Positions 39,801 through 53,200 of a stretch of 64,000 bases of DNA are shown one piece after another. The notes under the pieces are model-generated. The model saw only the letters and a program-made list of their open reading frames with translations. It did not search any database and was not told where the DNA came from. How positions within the stretch are numbered: position 1 is the first letter of the stretch; each line of letters opens with the position of its first letter. The translations under genes and the position numbers were made by a program. The stretch lies in contig NC_068991.1 of the NCBI RefSeq assembly GCF_001194135.2, positions 43,297,062-43,361,061 of the forward strand. The letters run 5' to 3'. Source of the stretch: Octopus bimaculoides (taxonomy: Eukaryota).

Positions 39801-42800
39801 TTGTTTTTAATCACCTCATTCATTCATTCATTTTCTCTTAACTAATTCTTTCTTGTTTGCTCTGCTCCCTAAAATGACAAACGTTGTTTGTGGTTGCACC
39901 CACCTTTTCCTACCCCCACCACCAATACCAGAAGTCTCATTTCTTTTACTGGACATCCAGTTGCCTTTCCCCTCTCTCCTCTTATATTGGTTATCTTGCC
40001 ACTCTTTCTTTTCTCTCACCCTCATCTCTGGACTAACTAAACCAGATAGCAGCCCACTTAACCTCTCTTTTTTTTTTCTTTTTACACATTTATATCAGTA
40101 ATGTTTACATCCACAATGCTCATAATGCTTATATTTACAAATGCTCCAAACACTTTATATACACTGCTTCCTTAATCCCACCTCCCTGTAGAGGCAACAA
40201 CCTTAGCAATTCTAACATGTTTGAATGACAGTAGGTTAAAAGCAAGAATAGCTATTATGATGTCAGTTACCAAACAATCACGGGAACCTTCTTTTCAGGT
40301 GCTGAATAACATTTCTCCTTCCTGTGTTACCTTCCATATTTCTTTCCCAGTTTTCAGAGTTGGCACTGTAAATGTAGGCATATTGAAAGGTAGGTCTAGA
40401 GAGATTGTAGAGATGCTTGAACGGAGACGTGTTGATGTATGTTGCATACAAGAGGTAAGGTGGAGAGGAGCTTCAGCTAGAGTTCTCACAGACAAAGAAC
40501 ACAGGTATAAACTTTTCTGGGAATAGGGGTCTGGGCATACTTTTCACAGAGAAATGGGTGGATAAGGTCATAGAGGTAGAAAGGGTGTGCAATAGAGTAC
40601 TATAATCAGGCTAGTCTTGCAAAATGGTATAGCTACAACTATCTCAGCCTATACCCCACAAGTGGGCCTACCAAATGAACAGAAGGATCACTTTTATGAT
40701 ATTCTTCTGCAGGCTACCTCAAAGACAAGTGACAATGATCTCATGTTTGTGGCTGGAGATTTTAATGGGCATATCGGACAGTAACCTGGTATCTTCCATG
40801 GTGTACATGGGGGCCATGGAGTTGGTACCAGAAATGAAGAGGGAACTAGGCTCCTGGAGTTCTGCAATGCAAATAAGCTATTGATCTGCAACACCAACTT
40901 CAGGAAGCCAGTTAGCCACCTGATAATCTATCAATCAGGTGACTCTGCTAGCCAGATTGATTTCATTCTCACCAGACAGTAGGATGCATGGTTGCTCCTA
41001 AATACAAAGACCATCCCTGGTGAAGAATGTGCCCCCCAGCAAAGACTAGTTATTAGTGACTTTAGACTCAAGGCCAGAAGGATGCCGAAAAGCAGACAAA
41101 TCTGGAAAAGAAGAACATGGAAGCTTAAGAACCCTTCACATGATCAGAGATTTAGGGATATCCTTACCGAAAAATTTGATGATAGGGAGGAGGAGCTACA
41201 GTCCTATGACATAGAAGGCAGTTGGGAATTCCTGCGAGACAGCTTGCTGAGTGCCACAGACCAAATCTGTGGCTGGTACAAAGTACCTTCCAGGCCTAGG
41301 GTAACATGGTCTGAAGGGGTTTGTGATTTGTCAGCCTTCCTACTTGTTTTTGCTACGTTAACCCTAAGGCCCTTCGATTCTAGACCTTGCTTCCACACCC
41401 TAAACTTCGTCTCCAGTTCTGGCAGTGACTCTATGCTGATGACCTTGCTCTAATAGCTGAGTCACTGCCAGAACTAGAGATGAAGTTTAGGGTGTGAAGC
41501 AAGGTCTAGAATCGAAGGGCCTTAGGGTTAACGTAGCAAAAACAAGTAGGAAGGCTGACAAATCACGAACCCCTTCAAGTAGATGGCCCTGCTCGATCTG
41601 TAGAAAAGGCGTGGGTAGAAACTCCATAGAATGTACCCAGTGTAAGCTCTGGACATATAAAAGGTGCAGCAATATCAAAGAAAAGTTAACTGGGAAGATA
41701 GTTTTTATGTATGGCAGATGCACATGGGCAATAAACACTGAAGATGTACAGAAAACAGATTCTATCACATGCCAGGGGGAAAAACTAGAAGTAGTTATTA
41801 GCTTTCTCTAACTAGGTAAGCAAGTCTGTAGTGGGGGTGGTTGCTCTGAGAGTGTAGCAGCAAGAATAAGAATAGCCTGGGCAAAGTTTGGGGTGCTCCT
41901 ACCTCTGCTGGCGACTAAGGGCTTCTCGCTCTGGATGAAAGGTAGACTGTATGACGCATGTGTGCGAACTGCCATGTTACACAGCAGTGAAACATGGGCC
42001 ATGACTGCTGAGGACATGCATAGGCTTAAAAGAAATGAAGCTAGTATGATTCACTGGATGTGTAATGTCAGTGTGCATACATGACAGAGTGTAAGTGCCC
42101 TGAGAGAAAAGTTGGGAATAAGAAGCATTAAATGCGGTGTGCAAGAGAGACAACTGCACTGGTATGGTCATGTTTTATGTATGGATGAGGACAGCTGTGT
42201 AAGGAAGTGCCACTCTCTAACTGTGGAATGAACCTGTGGAAGAGGTAGACCCAGGAAGACATGGAATTAGATGGTGAAGCATGACCTTTGAATATTGGGC
42301 CTCACAGAAGCAATGACAGGATACCGAGACCTTTGGAAATATGCTGTGATTGAGAAGATCCGATCACTAAAGTGAAATCGCAGCTATGGCTGATGCTAGT
42401 GTTGCATGTCTGGCCCATTTAAGTGTACCCTTGATGCATTGGGTGATATGATATGCTTGAGAAGACCTGTTGAGTCAAATAAGACCAAAATCACAGCTGT
42501 GGCCAGTGCCCCCTGACCGGCCCCATGCTGGTGGTACATAATAGGCATCATCCAAACATGGTCAATGTCAGTGTCCCCTGACTGGCACCCTGTGCCGGTG
42601 GCATGTAAAAAGAACCATCCAAATGTGGTCGATGCCAAAACTCCCTGACTGGCTCCTGTACTGGTAGCACGTAAAAAGCACTATCCAAACGTGATTGATG
42701 TCAGTACTACCTGACTGGCCCTAATGCTAGTGGCATGTAAAAAGCACCATTCAAAGTGGGCGATGCCAGTAGCCCCTGACTGGCTCCCATACCAGTGGCA

Positions 42801-45800
42801 CGTAAAAAGCACTATCTGAATGTGATTGATGCCAGGCCTGCCTGACTGGTTCCTGTGCTGGTGGCACATAAAAAGCACCCACTACACTCTCAGAGTGGTT
42901 GGCAATAGGAAGGGCATCCAGCTGTAGAAACATTGCCAGATCAGATTGGAGCCTGGTGCAGCCACTGGCTCTCCAGACTTCAGTCAAACAGGCCAACCCA
43001 TGCTAGCATGGAAAACAGATGTTAAACGACGACAACAATGATGATATATATATCATCAAATTACTAAAGATCAATCATCAATTAGCTGTTTTACAGATAA
43101 ATGACATTGTACTACATAACAATATTGTTATAGAATAACAAAACCATTGCTCATATATGCTAAAATATTTGAAGATCTGACTCAGCATCCAGTTTTCTAG
43201 CCTTTTTCCCCACTCAGTTGTGTGATGATTAGAACATGACAGTGATTTGATATATTTTGCTCATTCTGAATCAAATATAAATAAACGAGTTTTACTTAAA
43301 TATGTCTGAAATTATTTTGTTGCTGTAAGATTAACATTAAGATAATTACTGAACTTTGTATGAAATATTTTAATGAATGCAGTTAAATCAATAAGCACTT
43401 TCTTAGATTGGCACGACGCCTATTGTTGATAAGTGATTAAGTAAAGTAAGTCAAAAGGCTCCAAGAAAAAAATTGAAATTGGTTATGGCAAAACTTGTTT
43501 GACTATTCTAATTAAAATGTATTTGTTATTCTTAAATTGCAATTGTTTGGCAACCAATTTGACCTGAGACTGTCTGTTAGGACTAAAACAAACTGCATCG
43601 ACAAGAATGAATGAATCATGAGAATAGTGGATAATTGATTCAGAATTCAGTAATTTTATTTTTGGTCTCATTCACAAATAAAAAATGAAAACAAAGAAAA
43701 TCTAGCAATAAATAGATAAATAAAAATAACAAAAACATATGGAACATAAGAAAGAAATAGTCTGCACAAATTATAGCTGGAAACACTGTAAAGTAACAAT
43801 AATATAGCTGCAATTTATTATATGTAACAAAAGATATCTTTTTCTCTTAAAGATTTGATAGAGATATAATATGCTGAGATAAGCCAATATGTGAGTTCAA
43901 CAATATAAAGTAATAATGATATTAGTTAAGATTTTTTTTTCTGAAATATACTGATTATATTATAGCTTTCTCTCTTTAAAGGTGTCCTAAATGAAGGTAT
44001 CCCTGAAAAATAAAGAAATTAATTTTAAAATAAATGAAAAGTTCCTGATATCTCTCTCTCTATATAAATAGTATAAATATATATTAACAGTATAAGTATA
44101 TATATATNNNNNNNNNNNNNNNNNNNNNNNNNNNNNNNNNNNNNNNNNNNNNNNNNNNNNNNNNNNNNNNNNNNNNNNNNNNNNNNNNNNNNNNNNNNNN
44201 NNNNNNNAGGTAGATGTAAGTATGTACATACATGTATGTATATATGCATATACTCATGTATTATTTGTATTACATGATCGAACCCACGTGTCATCCCTGC
44301 AAGTAAGTTTTGAACTTTTTATTTTCTGATGCGACTCTATCTTAGTATCTTTTTCTCCCTCTCGTTCTTCCTTCTGTTACTACTATATCTCTCTCTTCCT
44401 CCCTGTCTCTCGTTGCTCACCTATCTTCTACTTCCTCCCCTTTTTTCTCCCTCTACCACTCTTTCTCCTTACCCCTTGCTGGTCACACGTGTCCAGCTTT
44501 ACTTCGTTTCTTCCTTGGCTATCGCCAAGCACGCTACAAACTATTCTTCATCTCTCTTCATTCCAGTCGTTGCTTCACAGTGTTCAATATACACATATTT
44601 TTCCATGTCTGGCCGTATAGCCTTTTCTGTTTATTCTACTGTTTCGTTTTCCTGTCTTGTTTTCTGTCCGCCACTAGATTCCTCCATGGTACAAATTTAA
44701 TTTGTGGTCCGTGGGAAGAGCCATTTTAACGATGGAAATGTATCACCAGTATCAAAGCATAAAAACCATTCTAAACACTCTGAAATCATCAGAATACCTG
44801 AATTTATCTTGTAAGTTCAACAGACCATTGATTACAATCCCAGAAAGTCCAGGAGGTCAATTGTAAAAGATCTTCATATGTCAGAAGGAACAGTCAGAAA
44901 TGTTGTCCACGAAGACATCAGATATAAGTCTTATATGATGAGGAAAGGTCAATTTGTCAGAAAAAGCAAAAGAAAATCACTACATCAGCTCTAAAAGGCT
45001 CTTAAACAAACTGAAAAATCCAGCAGAAAAAGATTTGATTTGTTTTTTCCCGAACGAGAAAAACTTTAACCAAGATCAAAAAGTTAACAGAAGAAATGAC
45101 AGATGGTTATGTGCAGACCCTTCTAAAGTTCCAAGCGTTATGCATACAAAATTTTCTGCAACTGTCATGGTTTTAGGGGTTGTCAGCAATGAAGGACATG
45201 TGATTCCTCCTTACTTCTTTCCACAAGGCCTTACAGTTAACTCTGCTGCCTACATTGAGGTTCTGGAAATAGTTGTTAAGCCCTGGATAGACAGTGTATG
45301 CAATGGAAGGCCATATGTGATTCAGTAAGACTCTGCACTATCACACATGGCTCTAGTAATACAGGAATGGATGGCTGAAAACTTTCATGATCACATAACC
45401 CCTAACATTTAGCCTCCTAGTACCCTAGATCTCAATCCATTGGACTATTATATGTGGAGTGTTGTTCAGAGAGAGGTCAATGAACATGCCCATAGTACCA
45501 AAGATTTTATGAAAGCTGCCATAGTCAGAGTAATGTCCAAAATGAACCAGGACAACTTGATTCGAGCATGTAGATGATTTAGATCTCATATAGAAGCAGT
45601 TGTTGAAGCTGAAGGTGGCTTTATTGAATAATATTACAGAAAAGAAGGTTTATTTTTATCCTCATAGCATTTTTTGATAAATAAAGTTATTATCCGTTAT
45701 CATATATCTCTTTTTGTATAAACATAAATCTGTCCTCAAGTATTTTACACACCCTGTATACAGTATGTGTATATATGCATGTATATATGTGTGAATTTTT

Positions 45801-45992
45801 ATGTGTGAATATACATATGTGTGTGTTGTTGAGGTAGGCTTGGAAGTGTGGTTAAAAAATTTTCTTGACAAAACTTGGTTTTCAGTTCATTTCCACTGTA
45901 TGGTAACCAGGCAAGTATCTTTTACTATATTCACAGGTTGACCAATACTTTGTGAGTGAAATTTAGAAAGATGGAAAATGTTCAGGAGTTTG

Positions 45993-46024
<32 letters not shown>

Positions 46025-49000
46025 ACACGCACGCGCGTTTGTTTGTGTGACACAACACTGCTAGCTAAATCATGACTGGTGTTGCGTCAAAATGATAACT
46101 CAATCAGTAGAATATAAAAAAATAGCAGACTGAAATAAGTAATATAGGTGATGCCCCAAAAGTGTAGCAGTCCAATGACTGAAACCAGGAAACATGGATG
46201 TACATATATGAAGATAAAATGAAGTCAATGGATCTCTAGTGGTTGTAATGATGAATATTTTAGTTGAACCACTTGGTCGAGTATACTACAGACACTTGTA
46301 CACTGAGGTAAACCCTCAGGCAGAATCAACATAACACAGAGTATCAACAATGCTGACCCTTTGGATCATATGTACAGTCTATCCAGCAATAAAAATTTTT
46401 GAAGTTAAATTAATATAAAACCACAGCCTTTTTTATCTTTAATCACATAATAAATTGAAGATACATAAAAGCATAAATTATGAAAATATAATTAAATATT
46501 CAAATATATTTCAGCATTTGAGTAATTTCAGTTACATTTAGATTAGGAAAAATATTGTAACATAAGAAATTTAACAAAACTGTAAATATGAGTGTGTTTA
46601 ATTAGGTGACTGTTTACTGTTACTAGTTTCTTCACTTCATCTTTCTTTGGCTACATTACTTTAAAAATTTGTTGTAGAGCAAGTCTAATTTTATACGACA
46701 TATTTCTATCCTATCACAATTAATAGTAGATTACACATGCAAACAGGTCCTTATAAAAAGAATGTGTCTGAAATATATAGAAAGGCAAGTGGAGAAGTGA
46801 TGCATAGCAAGCAAGTGTAGCTGACAAGTAAAGAAGCAATGCAAACACTATTTTCAACCTAAAACAAATGATAATGCAACAATTAATGCATGCAATAATA
46901 TGAATTTAACAATTAGAAAATATATAATAAAAACAACAAATTTAAATTTCAGCAAAATTCTTTTCTACTCTAAGCACAAGGCCCAAAATTTTGGGGGAGG
47001 GAACTAGTCGAATAGATTGACCCCAGTACGCAACTGGTACTTAATTTATTGACCCCCAAAAGGATGAAAGGCAAAGTCAACCTTGGCGGAATTTGAACTC
47101 GGGACGTAAAGACGGATGAAATACTGCTAAGCATTTCACCCGGCATGCTAATGTTTCTGCCAGCTCACCACCTTAAATTTCAACAAAATTACAAGAAAAT
47201 GGTAAGAGTGGACATAGAAACAAATGATCTATAAAGTAGCAATGGCCAACCTTTATCTAACAACAATTTACACAAAATGTATTTTTAGCTTTGTCTCTGA
47301 CTTAGCATTAATAACTAAGTAACATTGACAAATTAATATAAGATATAAATGTTACAGGAGTTCCACTCCATATTAAAGGGCTCTTAGGGTCAGATGATGA
47401 TGGTCCTGAGGTTGAAGGGGCTAAAGTTGTTCATTCTTTTAATGGTTTTAAAGTAACATTTCTATATTCTTAGAGTAACTTTACGAAACCTACAGAATTA
47501 TTTCTTTAAGAGCATAATATAGCAAGATATTGAAACAGTTGAAAATAGAAAATAAATACGCTTTACTCTTTTACTTGTTTCAGTCATTTGACTGTGGCCA
47601 TGCTGGAGCACCGCCTTTAGTCGAGCAAATCAACCCCAGGACTTATTCTTTGTAAGCCTAATACTTATTCTATCGGTCTCTTTTGCCGAACTGCTAAGTT
47701 ACGGGGACGTAAACACACCAGCATCGGTTGTCAAGCGATGTTGGGGGGACAAACACAGACATACAAACATACACACACACACACACACACATATATATAC
47801 GACGGGCTTCTTTCAGTTTCTGTCTACCAGATCCACTCACAAGGCTTTGGTTGGCCTGAGGCTATAGTAGAATACACTTGCCCAAGGTGCCACGCAGTGG
47901 GACCAAACCCGGAACCATGTGGCTGGTAAGCAAGCTACTTACCACACAGCCACTCCTACGCCTAAATCTATCAAAATATTTCATTTCTTAAAAGAATTTT
48001 TGCTTTGGTTATTGTAAAATATTGATTAGCCAGTAATGTTTTCAAACAATATCAGTTCTGAAATAAATAATTAAAAATTTTTTAAATACTTAAATTTTAA
48101 AACAAGAACATAGAACAACTAAAATAAAATGAAAGAATTTAGATAAATCTATAATTTTTAGCAAAATTTCCAAGATCATTTTTTAAATTCACAAATTATC
48201 TGAGTGTTCAATTATTATTTTTCTTTTCATACTCAAGTGATTGAGCAACTCAGGTGACTCCACTAATTTATTAGAAATATCCAGGATTTTAAGTAACAAC
48301 TTTTGACTAGCATATTAGCTATCTAATTTCCTTGGCACTAAAATTTTGGAAAGTGATATTTTTTACTGAATTAAATCTAATATAATTACTATCCCTTATT
48401 TTACCAATAGTAGTTTATGTAGATTTGAACATAGATACATAAGGCATAGAATTAGACATTGAAGTATTTATTAACTCTTTGCCTTCTGTACAAAGTTCAC
48501 ATTTGCCGTGAGATTGGTTGGATGTGTTCAGTATCAAAATGATGTAAATTGACAAGAGGTTTGTGGAAAAAAAAAAATGTAAAAAGATAAAAATGCTTTC
48601 TCAGTTAAGACAAATAATGTCACTTACTAATTCTTCGCCCACTATTACTATCAGCATCAGCTGCTTCTCCACAGGATCCTGAACCAACAGATGAGTTATC
48701 AGGACTTTCAGAATTGGTTAAATTTGTCTTGCTTTTTGTTCGATGGACCTAAGTAAAGAACAATTGAAATATTTAAGATGATTAAAGATAAATAAAATTT
48801 AAAATAAAACATAAGTAAACTTAACTTCCCACCAAACTTTAAAATTTACTTTAATGAAGTGATTTCTTCATATTAAGAATTTCAGTAATATATATCTCAT
48901 TTATTGATCTCTTGGAAACTCAGTGCACTCAATGCATCTAAAATTACATCAAAACAAGTTTTCTCTTGAGTTACAAAATATCCTACAAAATGTCCCTACT

Positions 49001-50144
49001 GCTTAAGCTAATGTCTCAGAGATAAAATGCTATCTAGTAATCAAACCCACATTTAAAATCTGACCAAGGACACTTTTACTAACACTAATCTCCAGATTTA
49101 TACATTATTCTATCTCTATATCAACACAACAGAAACACTTGTTTTTTCTTTTCTCACATGTATTGTATTACAGGTTTTCTTATGATTCTATATTAAGTAG
49201 AATTCTTTCATTAGGACTTCATAACTGCATCTTTCAGAAATAGGTATCTGAGTATGAATTTAATAGTTTAGAAATACACACAATTGAAATACAATATTAA
49301 CAAGCATTTATCCCTGTCCCCCAGAAGAAGGTAAAAAGATTTTTGATATTGAACTTCAGCATCAAATTTCTTTTTACTCACTGTGTCTGAGGAAGAGGCA
49401 GTTCTGCTGGCTTTTGCAGGCCTTTCTAGACCAGTGAGATAGATTCCATTGATGTTTGATATTAATGATTCCACTTTTTACCATAATTCTTCACTTTTCT
49501 CAAAAAAGTTAATTTAATAGTAAAACTTTGAGATTAATGATTACACTACTCTTCAAAATCTTTTATTCCCTTTGAGGTACAAAATGCTACTTACCCGTGT
49601 TATAATACCTCTTGCTTTCCGTACTAGAGTGGCTCCAAGGCTGCGTCTTCAATGAAAGATATAAGCAATAAGATACTAACAAAATTAATTTACTATTGAA
49701 CACACACACAAACACGCAAATATCAATATTTTATCCATTCAAGAAACAATTTACTGAGAAATTAAATGATACAAAAAACAATGTTATTTATCTTAACATT
49801 TGCATTTGCGTTTCCTTTTGTCTATAAAACACTAAATGATAATATTTAACAAGTTACCTCCACTGGCACCACCACCAATATTAATCATGTAGAGAGAAAT
49901 TGTACATTAACCTGTAATTATCATTAATACTACAAATTCCTGAAAATATCAAAATGGTTCCTAACCAGTAGCACTATATCATCACCATCATTTAACATGT
50001 CTTCCATGCTGGCATGGGTTGGACAGTTTGACAGGAGCTGGCCAAGTATAAGACTATACCAGACTACTGTCTGTTTTGGCATGGTTTTTTATGGCTGGAT
50101 GCCCTTCCTAACACCAACCACCCTGTAGAGTGGACTGAGTGCTT

Positions 50145-50202
<58 letters not shown>

Positions 50203-53200
50203 AAGGATTTTCACCCAAAATTCTAACAACTTTTTTTCTCAATATATATATATATATAAACAATATATGAGTATATGCATGTATATGTACATGTATGTAC
50301 ATACCTTCATCTACATGTACATATAGATACAAAACTGGGTACATGACGTGGCAAAAGAACATGGACAAAATGATAAACAAGGTACAACAAACAAGCAAGC
50401 CACATAGAAACATCTCCTTCATCAGCTGCCACCATTAAAACACCGGCGTTTCGAAGAATTAAGGCAGTATGCATCGTTGAAATGATTCTTCCCATGAACA
50501 CAAATTAAATTATTTTCGTGGAGAGTAGTGGCGGACGGAAAACAAGACAGGAAAACGAAACAGTGAATAAACAAACAAGCAAAAAGGCTGTACAGCCAGA
50601 TGTGAAGTGTGTATGTATTGAACGCTGTGAAGCACGAACAGGAGGAGCAAAGAAGTACATGTGAGCTTGGGGAATCCAAGAACGAAAAGAAATAGCAGCC
50701 GGACACACGTGACCAGTGCTGTGTAAAGAGAAAGAGTAGCAGAGGGAAAAGAAGGGGAGGAAGTAGAATAAAAGTGAGCAACGAGAAGTAGAGAGGGAGA
50801 GAGATAGTAGTAGTAACGGTGAGAGGCGAAGGACGAGCAACAAGAGAGAGAGAGAGATAGTAGTGACAGGGAGAGGCGAAGAACAGTAGAGGGAAGAATG
50901 AGAGGGGGAGATAGATATAGAGATAGAGAGAGTCGCGTTAGAAANNNNNNNNNNNNNNNNNNNNNNNNNNNNNNNNNNNNNNNNNNNNNNNNNNNNNNNN
51001 NNNNNNNNNNNNNNNNNNNNNNNNNNNNNNNNNNNNNNNNNNNNNNNNNNNNNNNNNNNNNNNNNNNNNNNNNNNNNNNNNNNNNNNNNNNNNNNNNNNN
51101 NNNNNNNNNNNNNNNNNNNNNNNNNNNNNNNNNNNNNNNNNNNNNNNNNNNNNNNNNNNNNNNNNNNNNNNNNNNNNNNNNNNNNNNNNNNNNNNNNNNN
51201 NNNNNNNNNNNNNNNNNNNNNNNNNNNNNNNNNNNNNNNNNNNNNNNNNNNNNNNNNNNNNNNNNNNNNNNNNNNNNNNNNNNNNNNNNNNNNNNNNNNN
51301 NNNNNNNNNNNNNNNNNNNNNNNNNNNNNNNNNNNNNNNNNNNNNNNNNNNNNNNNNNNNNNNNNNNNNNAGATGGATAGATGGATATGTTTCTTTATTA
51401 GCCACACAGGGCTGAACACAGAGGGGACAAATTACAAAGTAAAGCTTTTCTTTTTGGGGAGGAGAGGGAAGGGAGAAAGAGAGAGAGAAAGCGTATCCAC
51501 CTTCCTATTCATCACTCATTCATTTATTTAATTTTTTCCTTTACCATTGTATTGGAATGGGTTTAAGGTGACTACTTGAAAAAAAAAATGTGTGGTTTGG
51601 TCATCACTGACAGTCTTTTTGCTTTCTTGTTTTTGTTTTCCTTTTTCCCTTTCTTCTTTTCTTCTTTCCTTTTTCCCTTCCTTTTTTCCTTCTTTTTTTT
51701 TCTCCTGAGTTACATTTGGAATATACCCCTTCCAAACATTCATTTGATAAGGTGTAGTTCTGCATGAAAATACATTAGTATAATATATGATGTATAATAT
51801 TATACATTAGTATAATAGTTTTGATGTCACCAATCCCTACACCTCACACTTTAGGCCTAAAAGCAATCAAACACTGGGTAGAGAAACAGAGAGAACGGAT
51901 AAATGAATGCTTCAAGACTGACTTCATCTCCAAGGCCACACACCTAGTACTAGAGGAAAATACCTTTAGATTCGACAATAAAACATATCGACAGTTAAAG
52001 GGTATGGCTATGGGTACGCGGTTTGTGCCCTCATATGCAAACTTAGTTATGAGATACTTGGAAGAAAAACTTCATGAGGAAGTAGAAAAAGCTTTTGATC
52101 AGGAATACAAGAAATATATCATTAAAAAGTGGGAATGCTTCCTAGATGATTGCTTCATCTTCTGGGACAAATCAAATGAAGATCAGAATATATTTAACAA
52201 TATACTGAACACACTTCACCCATCCATCTAATTCACGACAGAATCCAGTTGCAATGAACTACTATTCCTGGATATCTACATAAAAATACATCTGTGCTAT
52301 AGTAACTGACCCCAAAATATGTGAAATCCGACTCAACGAACTCAAAAGCTTAACTGTCTCAAGCCACCCTGTTTTCACAGTACTTCAGCATCCCTTTGTT
52401 GTCCCCTAGTGGACCACAGACCCCAGTTTGAGAACCACTGTATTAAAGCATTCGTGGAAATCTAAATATTATTCAGTAATTCATTATTCAGAACATTATT
52501 ATAACAATTTTAATACACAGAACAATTTATTCAATAACTGCTAGTCCAAGGCCTTTACATTCAAACATGTCATCCAGTGATTCAACAAAGAAACCTCTAC
52601 ATAATCATTTGACTTGAAATAGCAGTTAACTCCCCCTCAAATCACATCCTATCATCTTGAAAAAGGAAGGTCATATTGGAAAATGATGATCACTCCTAAC
52701 CTGGCAGTAAAGCATAATAATAGCATCACATGTAAATATGTGTATATGTTTTACATCAAACAGGTGCCTGTGTATATACAGGGTGTTTAAAAAAATTTGA
52801 TATCATTTCACAATCTAATAACTATGCCAGTTCTTGTTCAAATGACTTCAAATTTTAACAGCATGTGTAGAAACAGGTCAAAATTTTATGTTTAATATGT
52901 TTAACTTTTCAGGTATAGAAATGGCATTTACTGGAAGAGAAAAGGCATTTTGTGTGTTGGAGCATGTTCAAACAAGACTGTCTATAAAAAGTCACCAATG
53001 GCAATGCAGATTTCGACATGGCACAAAAAATTCAAATAGGAAGGCTGTCTGTGCAGGGCAAAAGGATCTGGACAACCACCAAAATTGGAAGAGACGGGTG
53101 AGCAGGTTCACCAAAAACTCTTGCGAAGCCCCAAGAAGTCCATAAGAAGAATAAGTCTGGAAACCCAGATTCCTCCAACGATAGTTTAGTGCATCCTGAG

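Larger units (their letters stand above)
40340..43045 (+). mobile_element. RTE-clade LINE, internally deleted and rearranged
   Basis: APE endonuclease (RVGTVNVG...DVCCIQEVRW, AGDFNGH), YADD, Cys-rich insert, RIRIAWAKF...SETWAM, 3' repeat array and tail; the segment between tether and YADD is missing. Confidence 0.92.

Noticed and set aside
42502-42880. Regularly spaced repeats that could suggest a CRISPR array
   Set aside because: Whole units are homologous with no unique spacers, there are no cas genes, and the array sits in a eukaryotic LINE 3' UTR.
47355-47420. Ser/Pro-rich open frame (PSTSGPSSSDPKSP) after a minus-strand AG in phase 1
   Set aside because: The acceptor lacks a polypyrimidine tract and there is no convincing phase-1 donor.
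49268-49474. Minus-strand ORF with a good CA|GTGAGT donor between two CCDC88 exons
   Set aside because: No acceptor gives the required phase-0 start in that frame, and a stop lies just upstream; at most a frame-shifting cryptic exon.
50405-50480. Minus-strand GAAA ... CTGATGA with complementary CTGCC/GGCAG and GGAGA/TCTTC segments, resembling a permuted hammerhead
   Set aside because: Strand order is the reverse of any hammerhead topology and stem III does not pair; only an Infernal or experimental test could rescue it.
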